DNA of 64,000 bases from Eledone cirrhosa. Its lineage: Eukaryota. The translations under genes were made by a program, and so were the position numbers. Of the stretch, positions 41,631 through 51,754 are shown piece after piece. The stretch spans positions 3,038,001-3,102,000 of the forward strand of contig OZ024759.1 of assembly GCA_964016885.1 (NCBI GenBank), in the 5' to 3' direction. How positions within the stretch are numbered: position 1 is the stretch's first letter; each line of letters starts with the position of its first letter. The notes beneath the pieces were generated by a model. It made no database searches. It was not told the DNA's origin and was given only the letters and a program-made list of their open reading frames with translations.

Positions 41631-41791
41631 TCCTCTATATCTCTTTCTCACTTCCTCCCCCTGGAAGAAATCAATTGTATTCAGGCCTGGATGAGTTCCG
41701 CCAGGTATAAAAAACGCCCTAGAAATGGTGTATATCAATATGACGCCCCTATGATTCCATATCATACCATGTGTGTGGAGAGATTTCGCTA

Positions 41792-41995
41792 CATCATCAT
41801 CGTTTAATGTCCATCTTCCAGGCTAGCATGGGTTAGACGGTTTTGTTCCACTTGATGCGGGATTGATTGGGAGACCGTGTCTCGATCGTACAGAAGTGTC
41901 CCTTGCAGGTTTTCTATGGCTGGATGCCCTTCCTAACACCAACCACATTTACAGTGTGGGCTGGGAGCCTTTTTACTGTCTCCTACATGACCACT
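41792..41995 (-). mobile_element. RTE-type 3' end
   Basis: (ATC)n tail, gctagcatgggttagacgg and ggatgcccttcctaacacc motifs. Confidence 0.8.
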
Positions 41996-42029
41996 TTATA
42001 CACACACACACACATATATATATATCATC

Positions 42030-42420
42030 ACACACAGCTAGGTAGGTAACCAATTAAAGTTTAACTAGAACTTTAAATACCTTATAAAATTATTAATCTC
42101 CTTTGTATATATTTCATTAAATAAAGAAATATATTTCACCATCAATCTGTAAATCACAGCAGTCAAATCTACAGATTTGCATTTGCTGTTTAAACACAGA
42201 TAGTTAAATCTCCTTTGTTGAAAATCCGGGATTTGACTGCTGTGGTTTACCGATTGATGGTGAAATATATTTCTTTATTTAATGAAATATATACAAAGGA
42301 GATTAATCATTTTAAAAGGTATCGATATTTGAAGTTCTAGTTAAACTTTAATTGGTTACCTACCTAGCTGTGTGTGCTTAAACACTTTACAAATTATTCC
42401 CTGTGATTGTTTCATATGTT
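42030..42420. mobile_element. Foldback element with ~140-bp inverted arms, probably a Penelope-type inverted terminal remnant
   Basis: Arms ~42030-42169 and ~42231-42376, one-sided extension, (TA)n flanks. Confidence 0.65.
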
Positions 42421-42558
42421 TATTTTATATATATATATATATATGTCAATCAATTTCTATATAAAATGCTTGGATCTATTCATTGGAATCTTTAAGCATA
42501 TTCTACAGTGAATATGGCAAATGTCTTTCGGACATGACACCCTTAATTTAATTTTGGA

Positions 42559-42645
42559 TATATATATATGCATATATATATGTATATATATATATATATA
42601 TATTTATTAAAATAACAGATTAAAGTTTAAGCAAAGAATCGCTGC

Positions 42646-42690
<45 letters not shown>

Positions 42691-42762
42691 AAATATAGAG
42701 ATGTATACATATACATATATATACATATATACATATACATATACATATATATACATATATAC

Positions 42763-42835
<73 letters not shown>

Positions 42836-42996
42836 CATATACATATATATATGTATACATATACATATATATATATATGTATATATATACATATATATAT
42901 GTATACATATACATATATATATGTATATGTATACATGTATATATATGTATACATATACATATATATATGTATACATATACATATATATGTGTATAC

Positions 42997-43028
<32 letters not shown>

Positions 43029-43120
43029 GTATACATATACATATATATATGTATACATATACATATATATATGTATACATATATATATATATATACAAAT
43101 ATATATATATATATATATAC
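42559..43120. repeat. (TA)n/(TACA) compound microsatellite
   Basis: Direct; interrupted by ~45 bp of unique sequence. Confidence 0.95.
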
Positions 43121-43620
43121 ATCATCATCATCATCATCGTTTAACGTACATCTTCCACGCTAGCATGGGTTTGGACGGGAATTTTCCCACTTGAGGCAAG
43201 ATTGTTTGTCTTGCTCGTATGGGACTGTCTGGCGGGTTTTCTACGGCTGGATGCTCTTCCTAACACCAACCACGTTTACAGTGTGGACTGGGAGGTTTTT
43301 ACCGTGTTACCTACACGGCCACATTACAGCGTGGACTGTGTGTTTTTTTTGTTGTGACACCTACACGACCTCATTTATTTCGGACTGGATGTTGTGGTAC
43401 CAACATAACTTTACATTGGAAGGGGCGGTGTGGATAGGGTGTATTTTTGTTAGAGGTGCCTACTGAATGTAGGTTTCGCTTTGCACTTAGGCAAGGCGGG
43501 TCTTTGTATTACTGTGTAGCGCCAAAGATCTCGGTCCAGTGACATTGTCTTGGAGAGGTGTAAGTGTGTGAGGTCGGAATTTATCAAGTCGTCCCAGGTT
43601 TTTCTGGGTCTGCCTACTCC
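43121..43620 (-). mobile_element. RTE LINE 3' end, same subfamily as 49172-51155
   Basis: (ATC)n tail. GRPRKTWDDLINSDLTHLHLSKTMSLDRDLW is identical to ORF 49562..50284. Confidence 0.9.
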
Positions 43621-44903
43621 GGGGGATCTCACTGACGTCACTTGTGGCAAAGACCCTCAACAGGATGATTCTTAACAGGATCCAGCCTGAGATGGAGAAG
43701 AAGCTCAGAGACAACCAGAACGGCTTCAGAGAGGGTAGATCAACCACCAGTCACATCCTGATGTGGAGGAGGATATTAGAGGGAGCTAGAGCAAAGTGCC
43801 TTCCTGCGGTCATGGTTTTCATTGACTTTAGGAAGGCCTTTGATTCTGTGGACCGTTACTGCCTGATGAAGATCTTACAGGCTTATGGAATCCCCAAGAA
43901 GATAGTGGACCTGATATCACTGCTCTACACCAACACCAAAGCCCAAGTCATTACACCTGATGGGATGACAGAGTTCTTTGAGATACTGGCTGGAGTGCTC
44001 CAGGGAGATACATTGGCTCCCTACCTTTTTATCATCGTAGTGGACTATTGTATGCGCCTTGCACTGGAGAAACACCAGGACTCTGGCTTTACTGTAGCAC
44101 CGGCTCAGAGCAGGAGAGTTAGGGCGAAAAGGGTATCGGATGCTGAATTTGCTGACGACATAGTTTTGGTGACAATACAGTGAAGGAGGCAGAGGATTTG
44201 ATGCGGGAGGTTGAGACCGTGTCAATGAGTGTGGGGCTGAGAATGAATGAGACTAAAACAAAAATCTGGTAGAGAATGTTGAGAAGCCAGAGGGGATCAC
44301 TAATGTAGGCGGAAGGCCGCTGGAATTGGTTGAGGACTTCCTGAATTTGGGAGCAAAGATTGGGAATACGGAAGATGATGTGGTTGAGAGGAAGAGCAAG
44401 GCCTGGGCGGCGTGCCACAGCTTGAGATCGGTGTGGGAGTCGGACCTTCGTAGAGACCTGAAAATCCGCCTCTTCATTGCTGTAGTGGAGTCTGTGCTGC
44501 TGTATGGGTTTGAGACTTGGACACTGACCAAGAAACTCACTCAGATGGTGGATGGGTGCTACACGAGAATGCTGAGGATGGCTCTGAACATTAATCAGTA
44601 TACACTGAGGATGAAAAACTCAGAGCTGTATGGGAGCATCCCAAAAGTCAGCTCAAAAGTGACACAGAGGAGACTGAGGTTGGCTGGACATGCTCACCGA
44701 CATCCAGAGTTGACATTGCACTCAGTGCTCCTGTGGGAGCCCCTACATGGACACACTAGAAGAGGAAGACCAAGGTTAACGTATGTTGATGCCCTAAGGA
44801 CAGACACTGGTCTGTTGGAATGCAGGACATGGCAGCGATAATGAGGGACAGAGACCGGTGGAGAGAACTCGTCCATGGATCTCGGGAATATTACCCGCCT
44901 TAG
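43621..44903 (+). mobile_element. RTE-type LINE reverse transcriptase region, 5'-truncated and frameshifted
   Basis: RGISL, QNGFREGRST, FIDFRKAFDSV, GVLQGDTLAPYLF, FADD, LLYGFETWTL, RRLRLAGH, RRGRP. Confidence 0.92.
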
Positions 44904-44960
<57 letters not shown>

Positions 44961-44975
44961 TTTTAATATAGATGA

Positions 44976-45024
44976 GATTCTACAGGACTAGAACTGTTTC
45001 ATTCATTAGAAATCATCAGGAATC
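44976..45024 (-). ncRNA. Type I hammerhead ribozyme (inverted copy)
   Basis: Reverse complement of 45802-45850. Confidence 0.8.
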
Positions 45025-45801
45025 TGGGTATCAAAAAATAAAAATGGTATTTATAGGTCTCTACAAGTGGTAGGAGAGGGTGGGGAGTGGGATGGGTGTA
45101 GGTCATTGGTTGATAGAAAAGGGAATTCATTAAAAGCTAATTCTACAAAGCTATAGTTTATTTTTATTTATTTATGTTTTTAGAGTAACAAGGGCAGACA
45201 GAATTCTATAAACAGGTTCCGGATGGCATACCATTCCTTGTCATTAAGTTTCCCTTAAGCTAACAGATGTCTATAAGATCAGTGGGGGGGGGGGGGGGGG
45301 GGTCAGTCATGGTCGATAGAATTAAAGAAAAGGGAGATTCTTTAAAAGCTAAAATCATTAAGGTTCTACTAAGTGACAAAGGTTTAGAGAATTCTGTAGA
45401 CAGATTCAAAATACTGAGTGCATATCTTACAATTATCTTCGAACTTCTCTTAAACTAATCAACTATATGCCAAAAATCAACAGACACATTCACAAAAAAA
45501 CATACTCACTCACACAATTCTATCGACCATGACTGACCCCCCACTGATCTTATAGACATCTGTTAGCTTAAGGGAAACTTAATGACAAGGAATGGTATGC
45601 CATCCGGAACCTGTTTATAGAATTCTGTCTGCCCTTGTTACTCTAAAAACATAAATAAATAAAAATAAACTATAGCTTTGTAGAATTAGCTTTTAATGAA
45701 TTCCCTTTTCTATCAACCAATGACCTACACCCATCCCACTCCCCACCCTCTCCTACCACTTGTAGAGACCTATAAATACCATTTTTATTTTTTGATACCC
45801 A

Positions 45802-45850
45802 GATTCCTGATGATTTCTAATGAATGAAACAGTTCTAGTCCTGTAGAATC
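45802..45850 (+). ncRNA. Type I hammerhead ribozyme
   Basis: gattc-CTGATGA-tttc taat gaat-GAAAC-ag ttctagtc ct-GTA-gaatc. Stems I (gattc/gaatc), II and III (acag/ctgt) all pair. Confidence 0.85.
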
Positions 45851-45933
45851 TCATCTATATTAAAACTTTTATACTCTGCTATGTATTGAGTACCTTACTT
45901 ACTGTGGTTACCTCCGATTCAACCCGGAATAAC

Positions 45934-46010
<77 letters not shown>

Positions 46011-46045
46011 TATGTTTTTGCTATATACATATACATATATATATA

Positions 46046-49000
46046 TCATCATCATCATCATCATCACCGTTTTACGTCCGTTCTTCCACGCTAGCATGGG
46101 TTAGACGGGTTGTCCTGTTGTGGGCAGTGTCTGGTCGGCTGACCATGCCTTGCTCATACAGGAACTGATTTGGCTTGATTTCTACAGCTGGATGCCCTTC
46201 CTAACACCAACCTCATTTACAGTGAGTGCTGGGTGCTTTTTCGTGGCGCCTACACGTCCACTTTACAGTGTGGGCTGGGTGCTTTTTTGCCGTGGCACCT
46301 CCACGACCACCTTGCGGTGGGGGGGGGGGGTGCATATTGTTTATATGCTTCAGCATGTACCCATGGGAGGTCGGGTACCCTGTATTACTGCGTGACGCCA
46401 GAAGTCACGGTCGTGTGTCATTGACTTTGAGAGGTGTAGTTGGGTAAGGTCGGCTTTTATCACCTCATCCCAAGTCATCTTGGGTCTCCCCACTCCGCGG
46501 TTTCCATCAACTTCTAGTGCTCTGCACCTTTTTATGCAGCTGTCATCCTTCATACGCATCACATGTCCATACCAGCGTAACCGCCTCTCCTGCACGCAGC
46601 ATTTGATTCCTCTTATGCTCAGTCTCTCTCTCAATTCCTTTATGCTTTGTCGTTCACGTATATTACTGTTACACATCCATCGGAGCATGCAGGCTTCGTT
46701 TCTCTCTAATCTACGTAAGTCTTCCACCTTCAGCGCCCAGGTCTCACTACCATGCAACATCGCTGTTCGGATACACGCATCATACAGTCTGCCTTTCATT
46801 CTGAGGGAGAAGCCTTTTGCAGCTAGCAGTGGTAGTAGTTCCCTAAACTTCTTCCATCCCGTTCTTACCCTAGTTATTGTACTTTCTGAGCACCCACCTC
46901 CGTTGCTAATTCGGTCACCTAGGTAGCAGAAGCTGTCTACTGTTACTACAGGGCCCTCCCAGAGATTGGTGGTACTTGTTTCCTGTGGCTGTTTGCTTGC
47001 TGTTTCAGCACAGCTGCTGCATGTGAATCCTACATTCTTAATTAAGCTTCCTGAGATCCCGCTACATCTCTTGTGTACCCATTGTTTGCATTTGGGGCAG
47101 AGAATGGAGTTCCTACCTACACCTTTCCTACATACTGAGCAAGGCCATTTCCCTGAGGGGATCTGGGTTCTGTTTTCTCGTCTACTTATAAGGACCTTAG
47201 TCTTTGTCATGTTGACTTTGAGGCCCTTTCTCTCTAGTCCCTGCTTCCAGGTTTGGAATTTATTCTCTAGTTCTACCATAGATTCAGCTATGAGTGCGAG
47301 GTCATCAGCATACAGGAGTTCCCATGGGCATCCGGTCTTAAACTCCTTCGTTATTGCCTGCAGGACTATGATGAACAGGAGAGGGCTAAGAACAGAGCCC
47401 TGGTGGACCCCAACCTGTACGCTAAATTCCTCGCTATACTCATTGCCAATCCTAACTTTGCTGACTGCTCCCCTATACATGGCTTGTACCGCTTTCACAA
47501 GCCATTCATCTACTCCTAGTTTTCTAAGAGCCCACCAGATTACTGCACGTGGAACTCTGTCAAAGGCTTTCTCAAGGTCGACAAATGCCAAGTAGAGTGG
47601 CTTACTTTTAGCTAGGTACTTTTCCTGTAATTGCCTCACAAGGAAGAGGGCATCAGTGGTGCCTTTCCCTGGTACAAACCCAAATTGCATCTCGTCTATA
47701 TTCACCCGGTCCCTAATCAGCTGTGCTATAACTCTTTCTGTTACTTTCATGACCTGGTCCATCAACTTTATACCTCTATAGTTTCCTCTATCTAGTGCAT
47801 CGCCTTTACCTTTGTAGCAGTTGACAATGATGCTACTGCACCAATCTTTTGGTATGGCCCCCTCTAGTATTACCTGGTTAACGATACGTGTGGTTATAGT
47901 GTGACCTACAGACCCAGATGCCTTCAGTATCTCGGCAGCTATACCCGATGGACCGGTTGCCTTCCCTATCTTCATATCTCTGATTGCCTTACTTACTACG
48001 CTGCCGCTGACTTGTACTGCTAGTCCCTCTATAGGGTCTACGTGGGGTAGGGTCTCTTCTTCCCATGCATTCTCCTCATTTAGTAATCTATCATAATGAC
48101 TCTTCCATGCATCTTTCTTCTCAGCACTTGTGAGGGCAAGCTCACCTTTATCATTCCGGATACACTTCTCTCCAATGACATCACAACTATCTCTGACACA
48201 CTGCCTCGCAATCTTGAATACCTCCTGTTTCTGGTCCTCACGTTGTAAAACATGCTTGAATTTTCTATCCTCTGCTTCCCTCCTGGCTAAGTATACTTGT
48301 CGCCTAGCTTCCCTCTTGGTCTCTATGTAATGTACCCTGCTCCCCCCGTTCTTCCATTCTTTCCATGCCTGTCTCTTGGCCTTGACTGCTTCATCTACCT
48401 TATTGTTCCACCACCAAGTCACTCTCCTCCTGCTTGAGGTCTTACTCCAGCCACAAACCTCATCCGTCGCCTCTAGTAAGTTATTTTTTAGGAACTCCCA
48501 GTTCTCTTCTACGTTAAATGTCTCTATCTGTTCTTCTTTACTGTCGTAGGCGTTGAGTAAAATATCTTTAAATCTGTTACTGGTTGAGGGGACTTTCAGC
48601 TTCCAGATCTTTCTTCTCCAGGTTGGCCTCTGTTTCAGGGCTCGTCTAGTTCTGACCGTGAGGTCGCTGACAACTAAGCTATGTTGGGATGTACATTCCT
48701 CACTAGGGAAGGCTTTTGTGTTTACGACCGTCCATCTGTCACGTCCTCTGATGAGGATAAAATCTAACTGACTAGAGTGCTCCCCTGATCTATAGGTGAT
48801 CAGGTGGTTGTCGGGTTTTTTAAAGTTTGTGTTACATATCGACATGTCATTGGCATCGCAGAATTCTAGAAGTCTGAATCCTTCCTCATTCCTTGTGCCA
48901 ACTCCATGGCCTCCATGTACTCTATTGAAGCCGTCGCAGTGTTTACCTACGTGTCCGTTAAAATCTCCTGCAATGATTAGGAAGTCCTTGTCGTCTGTTA

Positions 49001-49122
49001 GAGCAGTAGTGTGTATTAGGGACTCGTAAAACCTATCCTTAAGTTCGTCTGGCAGCCCCGATTGGGGTGCGTAAGCTGATATTATTGTGGTAATTGTCTT
49101 ATTCAGGACTAGTCTGAGTTTA
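46046..49122 (-). mobile_element. Young RTE-clade LINE, 5'-truncated within the AP endonuclease domain
   Basis: (ATC)n tail, 3' UTR and an unbroken frame from ~49120 (ISAYAPQ, GDFNGHVG) to the stop at 46350. Confidence 0.96.
46350..48845 (-). CDS. RTE polyprotein: partial AP endonuclease, reverse transcriptase, PHD-like finger (frame open upstream to ~49120)
   Basis: SQH (APE), NYRGIKL, QFGF, FVDLEKAFD, GVHQGSVLSPLLF, YADD; Cys/His cluster CSVC..CPKC..HKRC..CSSC. Confidence 0.75.
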   Translation of the reverse strand: MSICNTNFKKPDNHLITYRSGEHSSQLDFILIRGRDRWTVVNTKAFPSEECTSQHSLVVSDLTVRTRRALKQRPTWRRKIWKLKVPSTSNRFKDILLNAYDSKEEQIETFNVEENWEFLKNNLLEATDEVCGWSKTSSRRRVTWWWNNKVDEAVKAKRQAWKEWKNGGSRVHYIETKREARRQVYLARREAEDRKFKHVLQREDQKQEVFKIARQCVRDSCDVIGEKCIRNDKGELALTSAEKKDAWKSHYDRLLNEENAWEEETLPHVDPIEGLAVQVSGSVVSKAIRDMKIGKATGPSGIAAEILKASGSVGHTITTRIVNQVILEGAIPKDWCSSIIVNCYKGKGDALDRGNYRGIKLMDQVMKVTERVIAQLIRDRVNIDEMQFGFVPGKGTTDALFLVRQLQEKYLAKSKPLYLAFVDLEKAFDRVPRAVIWWALRKLGVDEWLVKAVQAMYRGAVSKVRIGNEYSEEFSVQVGVHQGSVLSPLLFIIVLQAITKEFKTGCPWELLYADDLALIAESMVELENKFQTWKQGLERKGLKVNMTKTKVLISRRENRTQIPSGKWPCSVCRKGVGRNSILCPKCKQWVHKRCSGISGSLIKNVGFTCSSCAETASKQPQETSTTNLWEGPVVTVDSFCYLGDRISNGGGCSESTITRVRTGWKKFRELLPLLAAKGFSLRMKGRLYDACIRTAMLHGSETWALKVEDLRRLERNEACMLRWMCNSNIRERQSIKELRERLSIRGIKCCVQERRLRWYGHVMRMKDDSCIKRCRALEVDGNRGVGRPKMTWDEVIKADLTQLHLSKSMTHDRDFWRHAVIQGTRPPMGTC

Positions 49123-49171
49123 ATATATATATATACATATATGTATACATTATATATATATATATATACAT

Positions 49172-51155
49172 ATCATCATCATCATCATCGTTTAACGTCC
49201 ATATTCCACGCTTGCATGGGTTTGGACGGGAGTTTTCCCACTTGAGGCAAGAGTGATTGTCTTGCTCGCATAGGACTGTCTGGCGGGTTTTCTACAGCTG
49301 GATGCCCTTCCTAACACCAACCACATTTACAGTGTGGGACTGGGAGGTTTTTACCGTGTTACCTACACGGCCACATTACAGCGTGGACTGTGTGTTTTTT
49401 TTTGTTGTGACACCTACACGACCTCATTTATTTCGGACTGGATGTTGTGGTACCAACATAACTTTACATTGAAAGGGGCAGTGTGGATGGGGTGGGGGTG
49501 GTGAGACGGGGGTGTATTTTGTTAGAGGTGCCTACTGACTGTAGTAGGTTTTACTTTGTATTTAGGTAAGGCGGGTCTTCTCTATTACTGAGTACCGCCA
49601 AAGATCTCGGTCCAGTGACATTGTCTTGGAGAGGTGTAAGTGTGTGAGGTCGGAATTTATCAAGTCGTCCCAGGTTTTTCTGGGTCTGCCTACTCTGTGG
49701 CTACCGTCTATTTTTATCGCCCTGCACTTTTTTATACAGCTGTCGTCTTTCATGCGCATCATGTGACCGTACCAATGTAGTCTTCTCTCGAGTAAACAGC
49801 ATCTGATCCCTCTTATTCCTAATTTCTCCCTTAGTTCGTTTATGCTTTGCCGTTCACGTATATTACTATTACACATCCAGTGGAGCATGCAAGCTTCATT
49901 CCTCTCCAGTCTGCATATATCCTCTGCACACAATTCCCAAGTCTCACTGCCATGCAACATTGCTGTTCGTATGCAGGCATCATACAGCCTGTCTTTCATT
50001 TTTAGAAAGAACCCTTTAGCGGCCAATAGTGGTATAAGCTCTCTGAACTTTTTCCATCCCGTTCTGACTCTAACTACTGTACTTTCAGAGCACCCTCCAC
50101 CACTGCTTATTTTGTCACCCAGGTAACGGAAGGTGTCCACTATTTCTATAGAACCATCTGTGCAATGGAATGAGCTAGTATCCTGTGGGCACTTGCTGCT
50201 ACTTATTGCACCAGAGCACCGGCCACATATATAATCTATATTCTTAGTTAGCTTACCTGCGATCCCACTACATCTTTTATGCATCCATACTTTGCATTTG
50301 GGACATAAATGGAGTTTCTGCCTACTCCTTTCCTACACACTGAGCATGGCCATTTCCCAGATGGGACCGGTGCCCTATTTTCCTTCCTACAAACTAGACC
50401 TTTAGTCTTAGACAGGTTAATTTTAAGGCCTTTTGATTCTAGGCCATGCTTCCATGTTTGGAATTTCTTCTCTAGTTCGGCCATTGATTCAGCTATGAGC
50501 GTTAGATCATCTGCGTATAGGAGTTTCCATGGGCAGCCGGTCTTGAACTCCTCTGTTATAGCCTGAAGGGCAATAATAAATAGAAGGGGGCTAAGAACGG
50601 AGTACTGATGAACACCAACTTTTATGCTAAACTCTTCACTATATTCGTTGTTAATTCTAACCTTGCTGACTGTTTCTTTATACATGGCTTGTATAGCTCT
50701 CACAAGCCATTCATCAACACCTAGTTTTCTAAGAGCCCACCAGATAATGGAGCGGGAGTCTCTGTCAAAGGCTTTCTCCAAGTCAACAAAAGCTAAGTAT
50801 AGGGGTTTACTTTTAGCTAGGTACTTCTCCTGTAGTTGTCATACAATGAAAAGAGCGTCTGTGGTACTTTCACCTGACACAAACCCGAATTGCATTTCAT
50901 CTAGATCAATTCTCTCTCTGATTAGTTGCGCTATTACTTTTTCTGTGACCTTCATGACCTGGTTGATTAATTTAATGCCTCTATAGTTACTCCTATCTAG
51001 GGCATCTCCTTTACCCTTGTAGCAGTTAATGCTGATGCTGCTACACCAGTCCTTCGGAACTACCCCATTCTGTATGAGTTGGTTTACTATCCGTGTGACC
51101 ATAGTGTGTCCCACCGTTCCAGATGCTTTCAGCATTTTCAGCATTTCAGCAACTA
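49172..51155 (-). mobile_element. RTE LINE, second subfamily, 5'-truncated with frameshifts
   Basis: ORFs 49562..50284, 50248..50781 and 50839..51144 together give RT plus the Cys finger; (ATC)n tail. Confidence 0.93.
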
Positions 51156-51156
51156 A

Positions 51157-51187
<31 letters not shown>

Positions 51188-51544
51188 TTTTGGATTTAAT
51201 GCTCTGAAATAGCGATATATATGTGAAGACAAACATAGAATATTCGAAAATATTCTGTATGTTTATAATAAACATTTTGAAGACCTAATCGCTATAGAAT
51301 AGAATACGTCACGTATTACAATTTGAGATTCTCGATAAAAGCAAGGGAAGTAACCTACGCGTTTCATTCTTATTTGAAATCATCAGGATTACATATCCAA
51401 TGCTTTTATCGAGAATGACACAGCTAGAGACTTATTGAATACTTAGCTGTAATACGTGACGTATTCTATTCTATAGCGATTAGGTCTTCAAAATGTTTAT
51501 TATAAACATACAGAATATTTTCGAATATTCTATGTTTGTCTTCA
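51188..51544 (-). mobile_element. Small Penelope-type foldback element
   Basis: Inverted arms 51224-51320 and 51450-51544, hammerhead in the spacer, (TA)n flanks. Confidence 0.7.
51350..51392 (-). ncRNA. Minimal type I hammerhead ribozyme
   Basis: gtaatc-CTGATGA-tttc aaataa gaat-GAAAC-gc-GTA-ggttac; palindromic ACGCGT at stem III. Confidence 0.8.
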
Positions 51545-51546
51545 TA

Positions 51547-51591
<45 letters not shown>

Positions 51592-51628
51592 ATATATAGT
51601 TATGTAATAAACAACATAATGCAATTAT

Positions 51629-51686
51629 TCCATTTACCAGTGGTTTCTTAAAAGCAAAAAATTTTGCTTTCAATCCTCAGAATGAA
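51629..51686 (-). ncRNA. Type I hammerhead ribozyme
   Basis: ttcatt-CTGAGGA-ttgaaagcaaa..tttgcttttaa-GAAAC-cactg-GTA-aatgga; 11-bp stem II. Confidence 0.8.
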
Positions 51687-51754
51687 AAAATCCTGGTCTG
51701 TTTATTGAATTTGGATTTTGAAAACCTATATATATATATATATATATATATATT

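Larger units (their letters stand above)
44958..45938 (+). mobile_element. Non-coding Penelope-type foldback element: ~360-bp inverted arms plus a 70-bp one-sided tail
   Basis: Arms 44958-45323 and 45516-45868 are near-perfect reverse complements; each carries a hammerhead; flanked by (TA)n. Confidence 0.8.

Noticed and set aside
46480-49029. Plus-strand ORFs overlapping the RTE (e.g. 46966..47595)
   Set aside because: Antisense shadows of the retrotransposon ORF.
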